A DNA stretch of 64,000 nucleotides, taken from assembly GCA_965221775.1 (NCBI GenBank), contig CBDCSU010000005.1, positions 256,001 to 320,000 of the forward strand, in the 5' to 3' direction. Position 1 is the first letter of the stretch. Each line of letters opens with the position of its first letter. The translations under genes were made by a program, and so were the position numbers. Shown piece by piece: positions 17,593 through 26,962 of this stretch. Below the pieces are notes generated by a model. The model had not been told where the DNA came from. It made no database searches and worked only from the letters and a program-made list of their open reading frames with translations. The stretch comes from Candidatus Latescibacterota bacterium (GTDB lineage: Bacteria > Latescibacterota > UBA2968 > UBA8231).

Positions 17593-19869
17593 TTGACGAC
17601 CTCCCGGACCGCCGTCGAAGAAGCGCCCCCCCGCGACGGGGAAGACCTGCCGGAGCGCCCGGGCCCCACCAATCTCGAGGCGCTGCTCGAGGACTCGCGG
17701 GACCACCTGCAGCTGCAAATGCTGCTCATCGAGGTCGCCTCGTGCAACGAGTCCGCCGACTTCGACCTGGTGGCCCGCGCCTACCACTTCGCCCACGAGG
17801 CCCACGCCGGGCAGATCCGCAAGTCGGGGGAACCCTACCTCCAGCACATCGTCGAGGTGGCCCGGATCCTCGCCCAGCTGCGCCTCGACACGACCACCGT
17901 CGCCGCCGGCCTGCTCCACGACGTGGTGGAGGACACGGCGGTCACGCAGGACCAGATCGAGTCCCGGTTCGGGTCCAAGATCTCGGCCCTCATCGACGGG
18001 GTCACCAAGATCGAGCGCTTCCAGCTCGAGAGCCGCGAGGCCCGCCAGGCCGAGACCTTCCGCAAGATGCTGCTGTCCATGGTCGAGGACATCCGGGTCA
18101 TCCTGGTCAAGTTCGCCGACCGGCTGCACAACATGCGCACCCTGGACGCCCTCGACGACGACCAGCGCCAGCGCATCTCCCACGAGACCCTCGAGGTCTA
18201 TGCGCCCCTGGCCCACCGGCTGGGCCTGGCCCGGATCCGCTGGGAGCTGGAGGACCGCAGCCTCAAGCATCTCGAGCCCGCCTTCTACCGCGAAATCCGC
18301 GAGAAGGTGGCCATGCGGCGCGAGGAGCGGGAGCGCCTGATCGACGGCTTCAAGACGCCCCTGGCCGAGGAGCTGGCTCGCAGCGGCATCGAGGCCGAGA
18401 TCACCGGGCGTCCGAAGAACTTCTACAGCATCTACAACAAGATGCGCAGCCGGGTGAAGCCCTTCGAGGAGATCTACGACCTCACGGCGGTGCGCATCAT
18501 CGTCGGCACCGCGCGCGAGTGCTACCACACCCTCGGCCTGGTGCACACCCTCTACCGCCCGATCCCGGACCGCTTCAAGGACTACATCGCCACGCCCAAG
18601 ACCAACATGTACCAGTCGCTGCACACCACGGTCATCGGCCCTCAGGGCATGCCGGTGGAGGTGCAGATCCGCACCTGGGAGATGCACCACACGGCGGAGA
18701 TCGGCATCGCCGCCCACTGGCGCTACAAGGGGGGGGGAGCCGGGGAGAGCAGCGACCTCGACCAGCAGATGAACTGGCTGCGCCAGGTCCTCGACTGGCA
18801 GCGGGACTCCACCGACCCGGCGGAGTTCATGGAAAACCTGAAGATCGAGCTCTTCCAGGACGAGATCTTCGTCTTCACCCCCAAGGGCGACCTCCACCAG
18901 CTGCCGAAGGAGGCGACCCCCATCGACTTCGCCTTCGCCATCCACACCGACATCGGCCTCCACTGCCTGACCGCCAAGGTGGACGGCCAGATCGTTCCCC
19001 TGAGCACGCCCCTGACGAGCGGCGCCACCGTGCAGATCATCACCTCGCCCCACCAGAAGCCGAATCCGTCCTGGCTCGAGATGGTCAAGACCGCCAAGGC
19101 CCGCCAGGCGATCCGCCGATGGGTGAAGGAGGAGCGATTCTCCCAGAGCGTGCGCCTCGGCCAGGAGATCCTCGAGCACGAGCTGAAGCGCTACCGCCAC
19201 CGCGCCGGCAGCGAGGCCCTCGAGGAGCTGGCGGCGGAGATGAAGCTCGCCGACACCGAGCACCTCTACGCGGCCATCGGCGCCGGCGACCTGTCGGTGA
19301 GCCGCGCCGTCAACCGCCTCGTGCCGAATCCGCCGAAGCGTCGGGTGCGGCCGCTGATCCGCGACCGGCGGGGCATCCGCATCCAGGGCATGAACGACAT
19401 GATGATCCACTTCGGGAAGTGCTGCACGCCGATTCCCGGAGACCCGATCATCGGCCTCATCACCCGGGGCCGGGGGCTGTCGGTGCATCGCACGGACTGT
19501 CCCAACTTCGCCGACCTGGCCGAGGATCCGGAGCGCCTCACGCCGGTGGCCTGGGACCTCGAGGAGGAGCAGGCCTTCACGGTGCAGCTCCTCGTGTGCG
19601 GGCATGACCGCAGGTACTTCCTCTCCGACGTGACCCGCATCATCTCCGACACGGGTGCCAACATCGTCAGCTGCGAGACCCGGACCCTGGCCCACGTCGT
19701 GGAGGAGACGTTCCGGATCGACGTCCACGATTCCCGGCAATTGCAGAAGATGGTGAAGAAGCTGCGCGGCGTGGAAGGCGTCACCGAGGTGCAGCGCGTC
19801 GACGAAGTGGCCGTGGAGGGACCGGACCTCCGCGGCGAGGAGGGACGGGGGTCCGCCGAGCCCCGGTGA
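17593..19869 (+). CDS. rel: Bifunctional (p)ppGpp synthetase/hydrolase (long RSH, Rel/SpoT)
   Basis: RKSGEPY, HDVVED hydrolase motif, RFKDYIATPKTNMYQSLHT, EVQIRT, TGS and ACT domains. Start TTG 17593 (alternative ATG 17719). Confidence 0.95.
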   Translation: MTTSRTAVEEAPPRDGEDLPERPGPTNLEALLEDSRDHLQLQMLLIEVASCNESADFDLVARAYHFAHEAHAGQIRKSGEPYLQHIVEVARILAQLRLDTTTVAAGLLHDVVEDTAVTQDQIESRFGSKISALIDGVTKIERFQLESREARQAETFRKMLLSMVEDIRVILVKFADRLHNMRTLDALDDDQRQRISHETLEVYAPLAHRLGLARIRWELEDRSLKHLEPAFYREIREKVAMRREERERLIDGFKTPLAEELARSGIEAEITGRPKNFYSIYNKMRSRVKPFEEIYDLTAVRIIVGTARECYHTLGLVHTLYRPIPDRFKDYIATPKTNMYQSLHTTVIGPQGMPVEVQIRTWEMHHTAEIGIAAHWRYKGGGAGESSDLDQQMNWLRQVLDWQRDSTDPAEFMENLKIELFQDEIFVFTPKGDLHQLPKEATPIDFAFAIHTDIGLHCLTAKVDGQIVPLSTPLTSGATVQIITSPHQKPNPSWLEMVKTAKARQAIRRWVKEERFSQSVRLGQEILEHELKRYRHRAGSEALEELAAEMKLADTEHLYAAIGAGDLSVSRAVNRLVPNPPKRRVRPLIRDRRGIRIQGMNDMMIHFGKCCTPIPGDPIIGLITRGRGLSVHRTDCPNFADLAEDPERLTPVAWDLEEEQAFTVQLLVCGHDRRYFLSDVTRIISDTGANIVSCETRTLAHVVEETFRIDVHDSRQLQKMVKKLRGVEGVTEVQRVDEVAVEGPDLRGEEGRGSAEPR

Positions 19870-19896
19870 CCGCCGCGTCTCCGCACGGTGAGGCCG

Positions 19897-19926
19897 TTGA
19901 CACTGTGCGCGAGGCCCGGGTATTTT
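19897..19926 (+). promoter_or_regulatory. Possible sigma70 promoter for hisC
   Basis: TTGACA(19897-19902)-N18-TATTTT(19921-19926) in the rel-hisC gap. Confidence 0.55.
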
Positions 19927-19954
19927 GCCGCCGGCCCCGCCTCGCCACCGGCCC

Positions 19955-21010
19955 ATGACCCCCTTCCTCCCCCACATCGCCGGCATGGCCGGTTACCTCC
20001 CCGGCGAGCAGCCCGCCGACGGGGAGTACCTCAAGCTCAACACCAACGAGAACCCCTACCCGCCTTCGCCGCTGGTCCTGGCGAGGCTGCGCGCCGCCCT
20101 CGACGGCCGCCTGCGCCGCTATCCCGACGCCGCCGCCGCCGGGGTTCGCCGGCGACTGGCGGCCCTCTTCGGCTACGACGAGGAACACTACCTCGTCGGC
20201 AACGGCTCCGACGAGCTGCTCAACGTCGCCGTGCGCTGCTTTGCCGGCGCCGGAGACGAGGTCGCTTTCGCCACGCCCACCTACCCGTACTACGCCAAGC
20301 TCGTGGAGCTGCAGGACGCCCGCCGCGTGGCCATCGAGTTCGACGGTGACTTCGCCCTGCCGGCGTCCCTCGCCGCCGCCGATGCCCGGCTGACCCTGGT
20401 GCCCAACCCGAACTCTCCCTCGGGGACGGTCGTGATCTGCGAAGATCTCGATCACCTGGCCGCCAGGCTGTCCGGAATCCTCCTCATCGACGAGGCCTAC
20501 GTCGACTTCGCCCGCGGCGGCGCCCTCGATCTCGTGGGCCGCCACGCCAACGTGATCGTCGCCCGCACCCTGTCCAAGTCCTTCTCCCTCGCCGGACTCC
20601 GCATCGGCTTCTGCGTCGCCTGCCCCGAGGTGGTCCGGGGGATGGGCAAGGTGAAGGAGCACTACAACATCAACACGCTGAGCCAGGTCGCCGGCGAAGC
20701 CGCCCTCGACGATGTCGACTGGATGCGGAGAAACGCCCGCCGGGTCGCCGCCACTCGTTCGCGCCTGACCGGAGCCCTCCGCGGGCACGGCTGTCACGTC
20801 TGGGACTCGGAGGCCAACTTCGTCCTCGCCCGAATGCCTGCCGGCGCCGAGGCGGGGCGGATCGCCTCGGAGCTGAGGCGGCGCCGCATCCTGGTCCGCT
20901 ACTTCGGCGGCGATCCGAGGCTCAGCGACTGCCTGCGCATCTCCATCGGCACCGACCCGGAGATCGACCGGCTGCTGGAAGAGCTCCGCGGGTTGCTGGG
21001 CAAGGACTGA
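19955..21010 (+). CDS. hisC: Histidinol-phosphate aminotransferase
   Basis: LKLNTNENPYPP, GNGSDE, NPNSPSG, DEAYVDF, RTLSKSFSLAGLRIG. Confidence 0.95.
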   Translation: MTPFLPHIAGMAGYLPGEQPADGEYLKLNTNENPYPPSPLVLARLRAALDGRLRRYPDAAAAGVRRRLAALFGYDEEHYLVGNGSDELLNVAVRCFAGAGDEVAFATPTYPYYAKLVELQDARRVAIEFDGDFALPASLAAADARLTLVPNPNSPSGTVVICEDLDHLAARLSGILLIDEAYVDFARGGALDLVGRHANVIVARTLSKSFSLAGLRIGFCVACPEVVRGMGKVKEHYNINTLSQVAGEAALDDVDWMRRNARRVAATRSRLTGALRGHGCHVWDSEANFVLARMPAGAEAGRIASELRRRRILVRYFGGDPRLSDCLRISIGTDPEIDRLLEELRGLLGKD

Positions 21011-21026
21011 GCCGCCCCTCCCGGTG

Positions 21027-21548
21027 CTACCGCCGCCCGGCCTCCCGCATCCGCATCAGGGCATTCACGTCCGAAACCCTCAGACCGACGCGGCGCGAGA
21101 TCTCGGCCGCTGACAGGCCCTGCGCGAGCATCTCGCGGGCCCTGCGGTAGGCCTCCCTGCCGGGGTCGGGGAATCCCTCCTCCCGGCGCGGATCGGCGGC
21201 GGCAGACCCGGCGGTCCGGCCCTCCCCCGAGGCTCCCACCTGGCGAAGCCCGGTCTCGGCCGGCCTCGGAGCCGGGACGGTGCCGGCGGCCTTCGGAGGG
21301 GCCGTCGATCCGGCGACCCGGGCCGCGGCGGCGGGAGCTGGTTGCTCGAGGGTCCGGCAAAGGTCGGCCAGGCGCTGGCCCAGCTTGTGCAGGCTCCGTT
21401 GCTGATCCTCCAGGAGGGTCAACCGCCGGTCCAGCTCGCGCTTCTGTTCCCTCAACCAGGACCGGAACCAGAAAGCCAGGGTCCCGGCGAGGACCAGGAA
21501 CAGCAGATCGAGGAGGATCTGGCGCAGGGCGGAGTCAGGAAGGCTCAC
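21027..21548 (-). CDS. Membrane-anchored coiled-coil protein with C-terminal HTH-like tail (DUF2802/DUF6115-like)
   Basis: N-terminal TM, coiled-coil, low-complexity linker, YRRAREMLAQGLSAAEISRRVGL. Confidence 0.65.
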   Translation of the reverse strand: MSLPDSALRQILLDLLFLVLAGTLAFWFRSWLREQKRELDRRLTLLEDQQRSLHKLGQRLADLCRTLEQPAPAAAARVAGSTAPPKAAGTVPAPRPAETGLRQVGASGEGRTAGSAAADPRREEGFPDPGREAYRRAREMLAQGLSAAEISRRVGLRVSDVNALMRMREAGRR

Positions 21549-21588
21549 GGGACCAATATACCCCCGTACCCCGCAAACCCGCTATCGA

Positions 21589-22590
21589 TCATCGGCTGGA
21601 GGGATCCTCCCGGGGGGCTGCCGCAGGTCCGATGCGGTCCCGCACCGGCGGCGTCCGGCCGCCCCGCTGATGGAGGCTGGCCAGCATGTCCCCCAACAGG
21701 CCGGTGGAGAACAACTGGAATCCCACGATGATCAGCAGGATGGCGAGCATCAACAGGGGATGGCGGTTCTGGATCGTGCCGGTCTGCCACCACAGGTTCG
21801 TGATGTACGCGCCGATGGCGCCGCCCGCGATCGTGCTCAGCAGCCCGAGGGAGCCGAAGAGATGCATGGGCGTCGACATGAAGCGGACCACGAAGGTGAT
21901 GGACAACAGGTCGAGGAGGCCGTTCAGAAGCCGCCGGGTGCCGAACTTGGAACGCCCGAAGCGGCGGGGATGGTGGGTCACCGGCAGCTCGGCGACGCGG
22001 TATCCGGCCCAGTGGGCGATGGCGGGCAGGAACCGGTAGAGCTCCCCGTACAGGTAGGGCAGGGCCTCCTCCACCACCTCGCGCCGGTACACCTTGAGGC
22101 CGCAGTTGAAGTCGTGCAGGCGGATGCCGGAGACGGCCGACGTGATCAGGTTGAAGAGCTTCGAGGGCAGGGTCTTGGTGAGGGGATCGCGGCGCTTCCT
22201 CTTCCATCCCGACACCAGGTCCCGGCCGCCCTCCGCCTCGAGGGCGGACAGCAGGTTGGGGATCTCCGCCGGATCGTCCTGGAGGTCCGCGTCCAGGGTC
22301 GCCACCAGCCGGCCCCTGGCTTCCTTGAAGCCGAGGGCCAGGGCCGCCGCCTTGCGGTAGTTGCGGCGGAAGCGGACCGCCCGCAGCCACCCGTAGCTTC
22401 CGGAGAGCCGTGCGAGCACCTCGAAGGAGCCGTCGGTGCTGCCGTCGTCGACGAAGACCACCTCGAAGGCCAGGCCCTGGCCCGAGAGGGCGGCTTCGAT
22501 CTGCTCGCACAGCGGCTCGAGGCTCTCCTCCTCGTTGTACAGGGGGACCACGATCGTCAGATCGATGGGGCCATCCGCAGACATCGCCAC
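21589..22590 (-). CDS. GT2 polyprenol-phosphate glycosyltransferase (ArnC/DPM synthase-like)
   Basis: VVPLYNEEESL, VDDGSTDGS, LDADLQDDP, HDFNCGLKVY, two C-terminal TMs. Confidence 0.92.
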   Translation of the reverse strand: MAMSADGPIDLTIVVPLYNEEESLEPLCEQIEAALSGQGLAFEVVFVDDGSTDGSFEVLARLSGSYGWLRAVRFRRNYRKAAALALGFKEARGRLVATLDADLQDDPAEIPNLLSALEAEGGRDLVSGWKRKRRDPLTKTLPSKLFNLITSAVSGIRLHDFNCGLKVYRREVVEEALPYLYGELYRFLPAIAHWAGYRVAELPVTHHPRRFGRSKFGTRRLLNGLLDLLSITFVVRFMSTPMHLFGSLGLLSTIAGGAIGAYITNLWWQTGTIQNRHPLLMLAILLIIVGFQLFSTGLLGDMLASLHQRGGRTPPVRDRIGPAAAPREDPSSR

Positions 22591-22744
22591 TCCTCTTCGA
22601 GCCGGCCTCCCGGCCGCGAGACCTCCCGGGGCTCCGTGCTGGTTCCAAGATAAGGCCGGAGAGAGTGCGGGTCTCCCATGGGACCAGACCCCTTCGGCCT
22701 CCCGTCATTATACTCTCTCACCTCCTCGCCTCTCCCGGAATGAC

Positions 22745-24163
22745 GTGATCCCCCTCACCCCCGACGCTCACATCCACCTGATCGCCGCCTGCGGAACGGC
22801 CATGGGCTCCCTGGCCGGAATGCTGAAGAGCCGGGGCTACCGCGTAACCGGATCCGACCGCAACGTCTACCCGCCCTTGAGCGACTTCCTCCGCGCCGAG
22901 GGCATCCGCCTCTTCGAGGGATTCGACCCGGGGAACATCGATCCCGCGCCCGACCTCGTCGTCGTGGGCAACGCCGTCTCCCGGGGCAATCCCGAGCTGG
23001 AGGCGGTCCTCGACGCCGGACTTCCCTACACCAGTCTTCCCGAGATCCTGCGCGACCTGTTCCTGGAGGGCCGCCGGCCGATCGTCGCCACGGGCACCCA
23101 CGGGAAGACCACGACGACGGCGATGGCCGCCTTTCTGCTGCGGGCCGGGGGGCTCGATCCCTCCTGGCTCGTGGCCGGCCTGCCGCGGGACCTCGATCGT
23201 CCCTACCACCTGGGAGCCGATCCCTGGTTCGCCATCGAGGGAGACGAGTACGACAGCGCCTACTTCGCCAAGTCGGCCAAGTTCCTCTACTACCGTCCCC
23301 GTGTGCTCATCATCAACAACATCGAGTTCGACCACGCCGACATCTACCGCGACCTGGACGAGATCCGCCGGGCCTTCCGGCAGGTCGTCAACCAGGTGCC
23401 GCGCACCGGCGTGATCCTGGCCAACGGGGACGACCCGGTCGTCGGCGAGAGCGTGGCCGAAGCCCTGGCTCCGGTGCAGACCTTCGGCCTGGGGCCCCAC
23501 AACCACTGGCGGGCCTGCGAGGTGGAGACCGGTGAGCGCGGGCAGTCCTTCGACCTCGTCCGTGACGGACAGCCCTCCGGCCGCCTGCGGCTGTCCCTCG
23601 TCGGCGAGCACAACCTGCGCAATGCCCTGGGAGCGCTGGCGGCGGCGGCCTTCACCGGAGCCGACCTGGAACTCTGCGGCGCAGCCCTGTCCGGCTTTGT
23701 CGGCGTGAGCCGCAGGCAGGAGCACCTCGGCACCATCGGCGGGGTCCGGCTCGTCGACGACTTCGCCCACCATCCGACGGCGGTGGCCCAGACCCTGGCC
23801 GGCCTTCGGCGGTCCTTTCCACAGGGCCGGCTCTGGGCCGTCTTCGAGCCCGCCAGCGCCTCGAATGCGCGGGCCACCTTCGAGGCCCTCTACGTGCAGG
23901 CTTTTGCCGAGGCCGACGCCGTCATCCTCGGGGCGGTTCCGCGTCCCGAGCGCAGCGGCGAGGAGGAACCATTCTCACCGGATCGTCTCGCGAGTCATCT
24001 TCGGTCCCGAGGCCTCGAGGCCCGGCACCTGCCCTCGCCCGAGACGATCGCCGAGCACCTGGCCGGCCACGCGGCCCGGGGCGATACAGTGCTGTTCATG
24101 AGCAACGCCGGCTTCGGAGGCGTGCAGCGGCTCACGGCGGAAGCCCTGCGCCGCCGGAGCTGA
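22745..24163 (+). CDS. mpl: Murein peptide ligase Mpl
   Basis: GTG at 22745; HLIAACGTAMGSLA, GNAVSRGNPE, GTHGKTTT, EGDEYDSAYF, DDFAHHPTA. Confidence 0.9.
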   Translation: MIPLTPDAHIHLIAACGTAMGSLAGMLKSRGYRVTGSDRNVYPPLSDFLRAEGIRLFEGFDPGNIDPAPDLVVVGNAVSRGNPELEAVLDAGLPYTSLPEILRDLFLEGRRPIVATGTHGKTTTTAMAAFLLRAGGLDPSWLVAGLPRDLDRPYHLGADPWFAIEGDEYDSAYFAKSAKFLYYRPRVLIINNIEFDHADIYRDLDEIRRAFRQVVNQVPRTGVILANGDDPVVGESVAEALAPVQTFGLGPHNHWRACEVETGERGQSFDLVRDGQPSGRLRLSLVGEHNLRNALGALAAAAFTGADLELCGAALSGFVGVSRRQEHLGTIGGVRLVDDFAHHPTAVAQTLAGLRRSFPQGRLWAVFEPASASNARATFEALYVQAFAEADAVILGAVPRPERSGEEEPFSPDRLASHLRSRGLEARHLPSPETIAEHLAGHAARGDTVLFMSNAGFGGVQRLTAEALRRRS

Positions 24164-24182
24164 TCCCCCCTTCCTTCCACGC

Positions 24183-24325
24183 CATCAAGGACCAACCCGG
24201 GGGACTCCCGGCGGAGGATGGGTACCTCCGTCGCCGGGAGTGTGAGCAGAGGGCCACAGCCAGGTGCCTGCCTCCAGGGTTCGAGTACCCCGCAAGCCTC
24301 GCTGCAGCACAAGGAGTTGCACCAT
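24183..24325. other. Structured intergenic element (candidate ncRNA or orphan IS end)
   Basis: Long hairpin actcccggcggagg...cctccgtcgccgggagt (24204-24241), further short stems, then AAGGAG-N7-ATC. Confidence 0.35.
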
Positions 24326-24337
24326 CACGGCCAAAGC

Positions 24338-24353
24338 CGGCACGGGAGTTGCA
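24338..24353 (+). promoter_or_regulatory. Sigma54 (-24/-12) promoter-like site
   Basis: CGGCAC-GGGAG-TTGCA matches TGGCAC-N5-TTGCW spacing, upstream of ATG 24418. Confidence 0.6.
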
Positions 24354-24417
24354 CCGAGGCGGGCCCGGCAGGCGGAAGACTTCGCCCGCCCCCCCACCCT
24401 ATCCCGGGAGGCATCCC

Positions 24418-25089
24418 ATGCTGACTCGAGTGTTGCGCAAATCCCCCTGGCTGGCCGGCTGGCTCTTCCTCACAGGCGCCGGCTCCGCTGCCGGCGAGCC
24501 GGGGCCCGTCGTCGTGAGCGAGCTGATGTGGGCCGGAAGCTCCGCTTCCAGCTCCGATGAGTGGATCGAGCTCTACAACCGTGGTTCCGACACCGTGGAC
24601 CTCACCGGCTGGACGATCACCCGGGGCGAGGGCGAGGACGAGAGCGTGATGGTCCTCATCGAGTCCGGCCAGCTGCGGCCGGGCGAGGTCTATCTGATCT
24701 CCAATTACGGCCACGAAGACGAACGATCCCGCCTTGCGGCGGAGCCCTCCCTCGTGGACCCGCAGGTCTCCCTGCCCAACAGCAAGCTCCGTCTCCGCCT
24801 CTACGACGGGGACCCCGAGTCAGGATCCGTCATCGACCTGGTCGATGATGGCAAAGGTGCGCCCTTCGGGGGCCTGAGCGGCGATACGAAGGCGGCCATG
24901 GTGCGGACCGACCTCGAGGCTCCGGGGGACGAGAAGAGTTCGTGGACCACCGCCACGGCGGCCAGCGGATGGGACCCGGGGGCCACCGAGCTCGGCACTC
25001 CCGGTACCATGCCCGGCGAGCAGTCCTCGACGGAGATGCCCACCCACGTATGGGCTGTCGCCTGGGGGACGATCAAGCACGGGCTCTGA
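24418..25089 (+). CDS. Secreted lamin-tail-domain protein with C-terminal WGTIK motif
   Basis: GGGAGG RBS; signal peptide; VVVSELMWAG, DEWIELYN, VDLTGWTI, GTPG; tail PTHVWAVAWGTIKHGL. Confidence 0.85.
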   Translation: MLTRVLRKSPWLAGWLFLTGAGSAAGEPGPVVVSELMWAGSSASSSDEWIELYNRGSDTVDLTGWTITRGEGEDESVMVLIESGQLRPGEVYLISNYGHEDERSRLAAEPSLVDPQVSLPNSKLRLRLYDGDPESGSVIDLVDDGKGAPFGGLSGDTKAAMVRTDLEAPGDEKSSWTTATAASGWDPGATELGTPGTMPGEQSSTEMPTHVWAVAWGTIKHGL

Positions 25090-25191
25090 GCGCCGCGTTG
25101 GTCCACAGGTTCGTATCTTCTGGTCGGCATCCGCCCCGCCGCCGCAACCCAGACGGCGGCGGGGCCAGCACGACCTATCCGGACCATCTCT

Positions 25192-26901
25192 CTGTCCCCT
25201 CTCTCCACCCTCCGCGGCTTCATCCTCCTGCTGGCCTGCCTCGGCTGCGGCGCTCCCGGAAGCCCTCCCCGGGCTGCGCCCGGAGTCTTCTCCGACGTTA
25301 CCGAGGCTTCGGGGATCGACTTCGTCCACGAGAGCGCCGCCGACGGCCGCTACGCCTACCCCGAGACGTTTGGCGCCGGAGCGGCCTGGGTCGACTACGA
25401 CGGAGACGGATGGCTCGATCTCTACCTGATCCAGGGCGGCAACCTGCTGCGCTCGGGAGGAACCCGCCCCCCTCCGACCAACCGGCTCTACCGGAACCTG
25501 GGTCGGAGGCCAGGCTCCGGCCTTCGGTTCACCGATGTCACCGAAGCCTCCGGAGCCGGGGACGAGGGCTACGGCATGGGGGGTGCCGCCGCCGACGTCG
25601 ATGGGGACGGCAGTGTCGATCTGTTCGTCACCAACGTCGGCCCGAACTCCCTGCTTCTTCAGAGGGATCGGCGGTTCCAGGAGCGATCGGCAGCCGCTGG
25701 CGTCGCCGATGCCCGCTGGGGCACGGGAACGGGCTTCGCCGACGTCGACCTCGACGGCGACCTCGACCTCCTCGTCGTCAACTACGTCCCTTTCGACGCA
25801 GAGCTCATCCCCGTCTGCCGGCGGGGCTCGATCCGCACCTACTGCGACCCGGACCGCTTTCCGGGAACCCTGGACATCCTTTACCTCAACGAAGGTGGTA
25901 CGGGGAAACCGGGATTCAGCGACGTAACCCTTCAGGCTGGCCTCAACGGCGTCGGACGCGGACTCGGGCTGGCCATGGCCGACATCGACCTCGACGGCGA
26001 CACGGACTGGTTCGTGGCCAACGACGGCGAGGCAAACTTCCTCTATCGGAACGACACCGGGAGCGGCGATCCCCCCCGCGTGACGGAGACGGGCCTGGCA
26101 TGGGGAGTGCGGTTCAACGCCGATGGCCGCGCCGAGGCCGGCATGGGCGCGGACTTCGGCGACGTGGACGGGGACGGCTGGCCGGACCTGGTGGTGGCCA
26201 ACTTCTCACGCGAGACCAACACCCTCTACCGCCATGGCGGCCCGGGGGACCCGGGTTACACGGACGAGACCCGGCCCCGCGGACTGGCTTCGCCCAGCTT
26301 CCTGCCCCTCGGCTTCGGCGCCGCCTGGTTCGACCCCGACGGCGACGGCGACCTCGACCTGGCGGTGGCCAACGGTCACGTCCTCGACCGCATCGCCGAC
26401 ATCGACAGCGGCCTGTCCCATGCCCAACCCGACCAGCTGCTGGTCAACGACGGCAGCGGACGCTTCAGCGAAGATCCGTCCTGGACTACCGGGCTCCCGC
26501 CTCTCGTGAGCCGCGCCCTGGCCGTCGCAGATTTCGACAACGACGGCGACGAGGATCTGATCGTCACCGCCAACGGGGCAGGTCCCCGCCTGCTGCGCAA
26601 CGAGCGAAGCGGGGGAACCTCGCTGAGCCTGACCCTGGTAACGATGGAGCCGGGCAACCGGAGCGGGCTGGGGGCCCTGGTCGAGGTCCGGACCGGCGGG
26701 CGCCTGCTCCGCCGCCAGGTTCAGGGCGCCGGCAGCTACCTCTCCGCCTCGGACCCGAGGGTCCACATTGGACTGGACGGTGCTCCCGGGGCGGCGGTCA
26801 CCGTGAACTGGCCCGGAGGCGGCCGCGAGCGCTGGGAGCTGGCCGCCGGCGCCCACACCCTGAGACAGGGAACCGGGTCCCCGGAGCACGGGCACCGGTG
26901 A
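25192..26901 (+). CDS. CRTAC1-family FG-GAP/ASPIC-UnbV lipoprotein (start non-canonical/uncertain)
   Basis: Frame of ORF 25576..26901 stays open upstream through LLLACLGC lipobox and FSDVTEASGIDF; many DxDxDGxxD repeats; GSYLSASDPRVHIGL. Confidence 0.85.
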   Translation: MSPLSTLRGFILLLACLGCGAPGSPPRAAPGVFSDVTEASGIDFVHESAADGRYAYPETFGAGAAWVDYDGDGWLDLYLIQGGNLLRSGGTRPPPTNRLYRNLGRRPGSGLRFTDVTEASGAGDEGYGMGGAAADVDGDGSVDLFVTNVGPNSLLLQRDRRFQERSAAAGVADARWGTGTGFADVDLDGDLDLLVVNYVPFDAELIPVCRRGSIRTYCDPDRFPGTLDILYLNEGGTGKPGFSDVTLQAGLNGVGRGLGLAMADIDLDGDTDWFVANDGEANFLYRNDTGSGDPPRVTETGLAWGVRFNADGRAEAGMGADFGDVDGDGWPDLVVANFSRETNTLYRHGGPGDPGYTDETRPRGLASPSFLPLGFGAAWFDPDGDGDLDLAVANGHVLDRIADIDSGLSHAQPDQLLVNDGSGRFSEDPSWTTGLPPLVSRALAVADFDNDGDEDLIVTANGAGPRLLRNERSGGTSLSLTLVTMEPGNRSGLGALVEVRTGGRLLRRQVQGAGSYLSASDPRVHIGLDGAPGAAVTVNWPGGGRERWELAAGAHTLRQGTGSPEHGHR

Positions 26902-26907
26902 GAACGG

Positions 26908-26942
26908 AAACGAGCCCGGCCGCAAGGCGCGGCCGGGCTCGT
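26908..26942 (-). terminator. Intrinsic terminator-like hairpin between convergent genes
   Basis: 14-bp stem acgagcccggccgc/gcggccgggctcgt with 5-nt loop; short T run on minus strand. Confidence 0.65.
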
Positions 26943-26962
26943 CACGCAGGAAGTATGGTTGC

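Noticed and set aside
24275-24295. tRNA or tmRNA from the GGTTCGAG T-loop-like sequence
   Set aside because: No acceptor stem, D-arm or CCA could be built.
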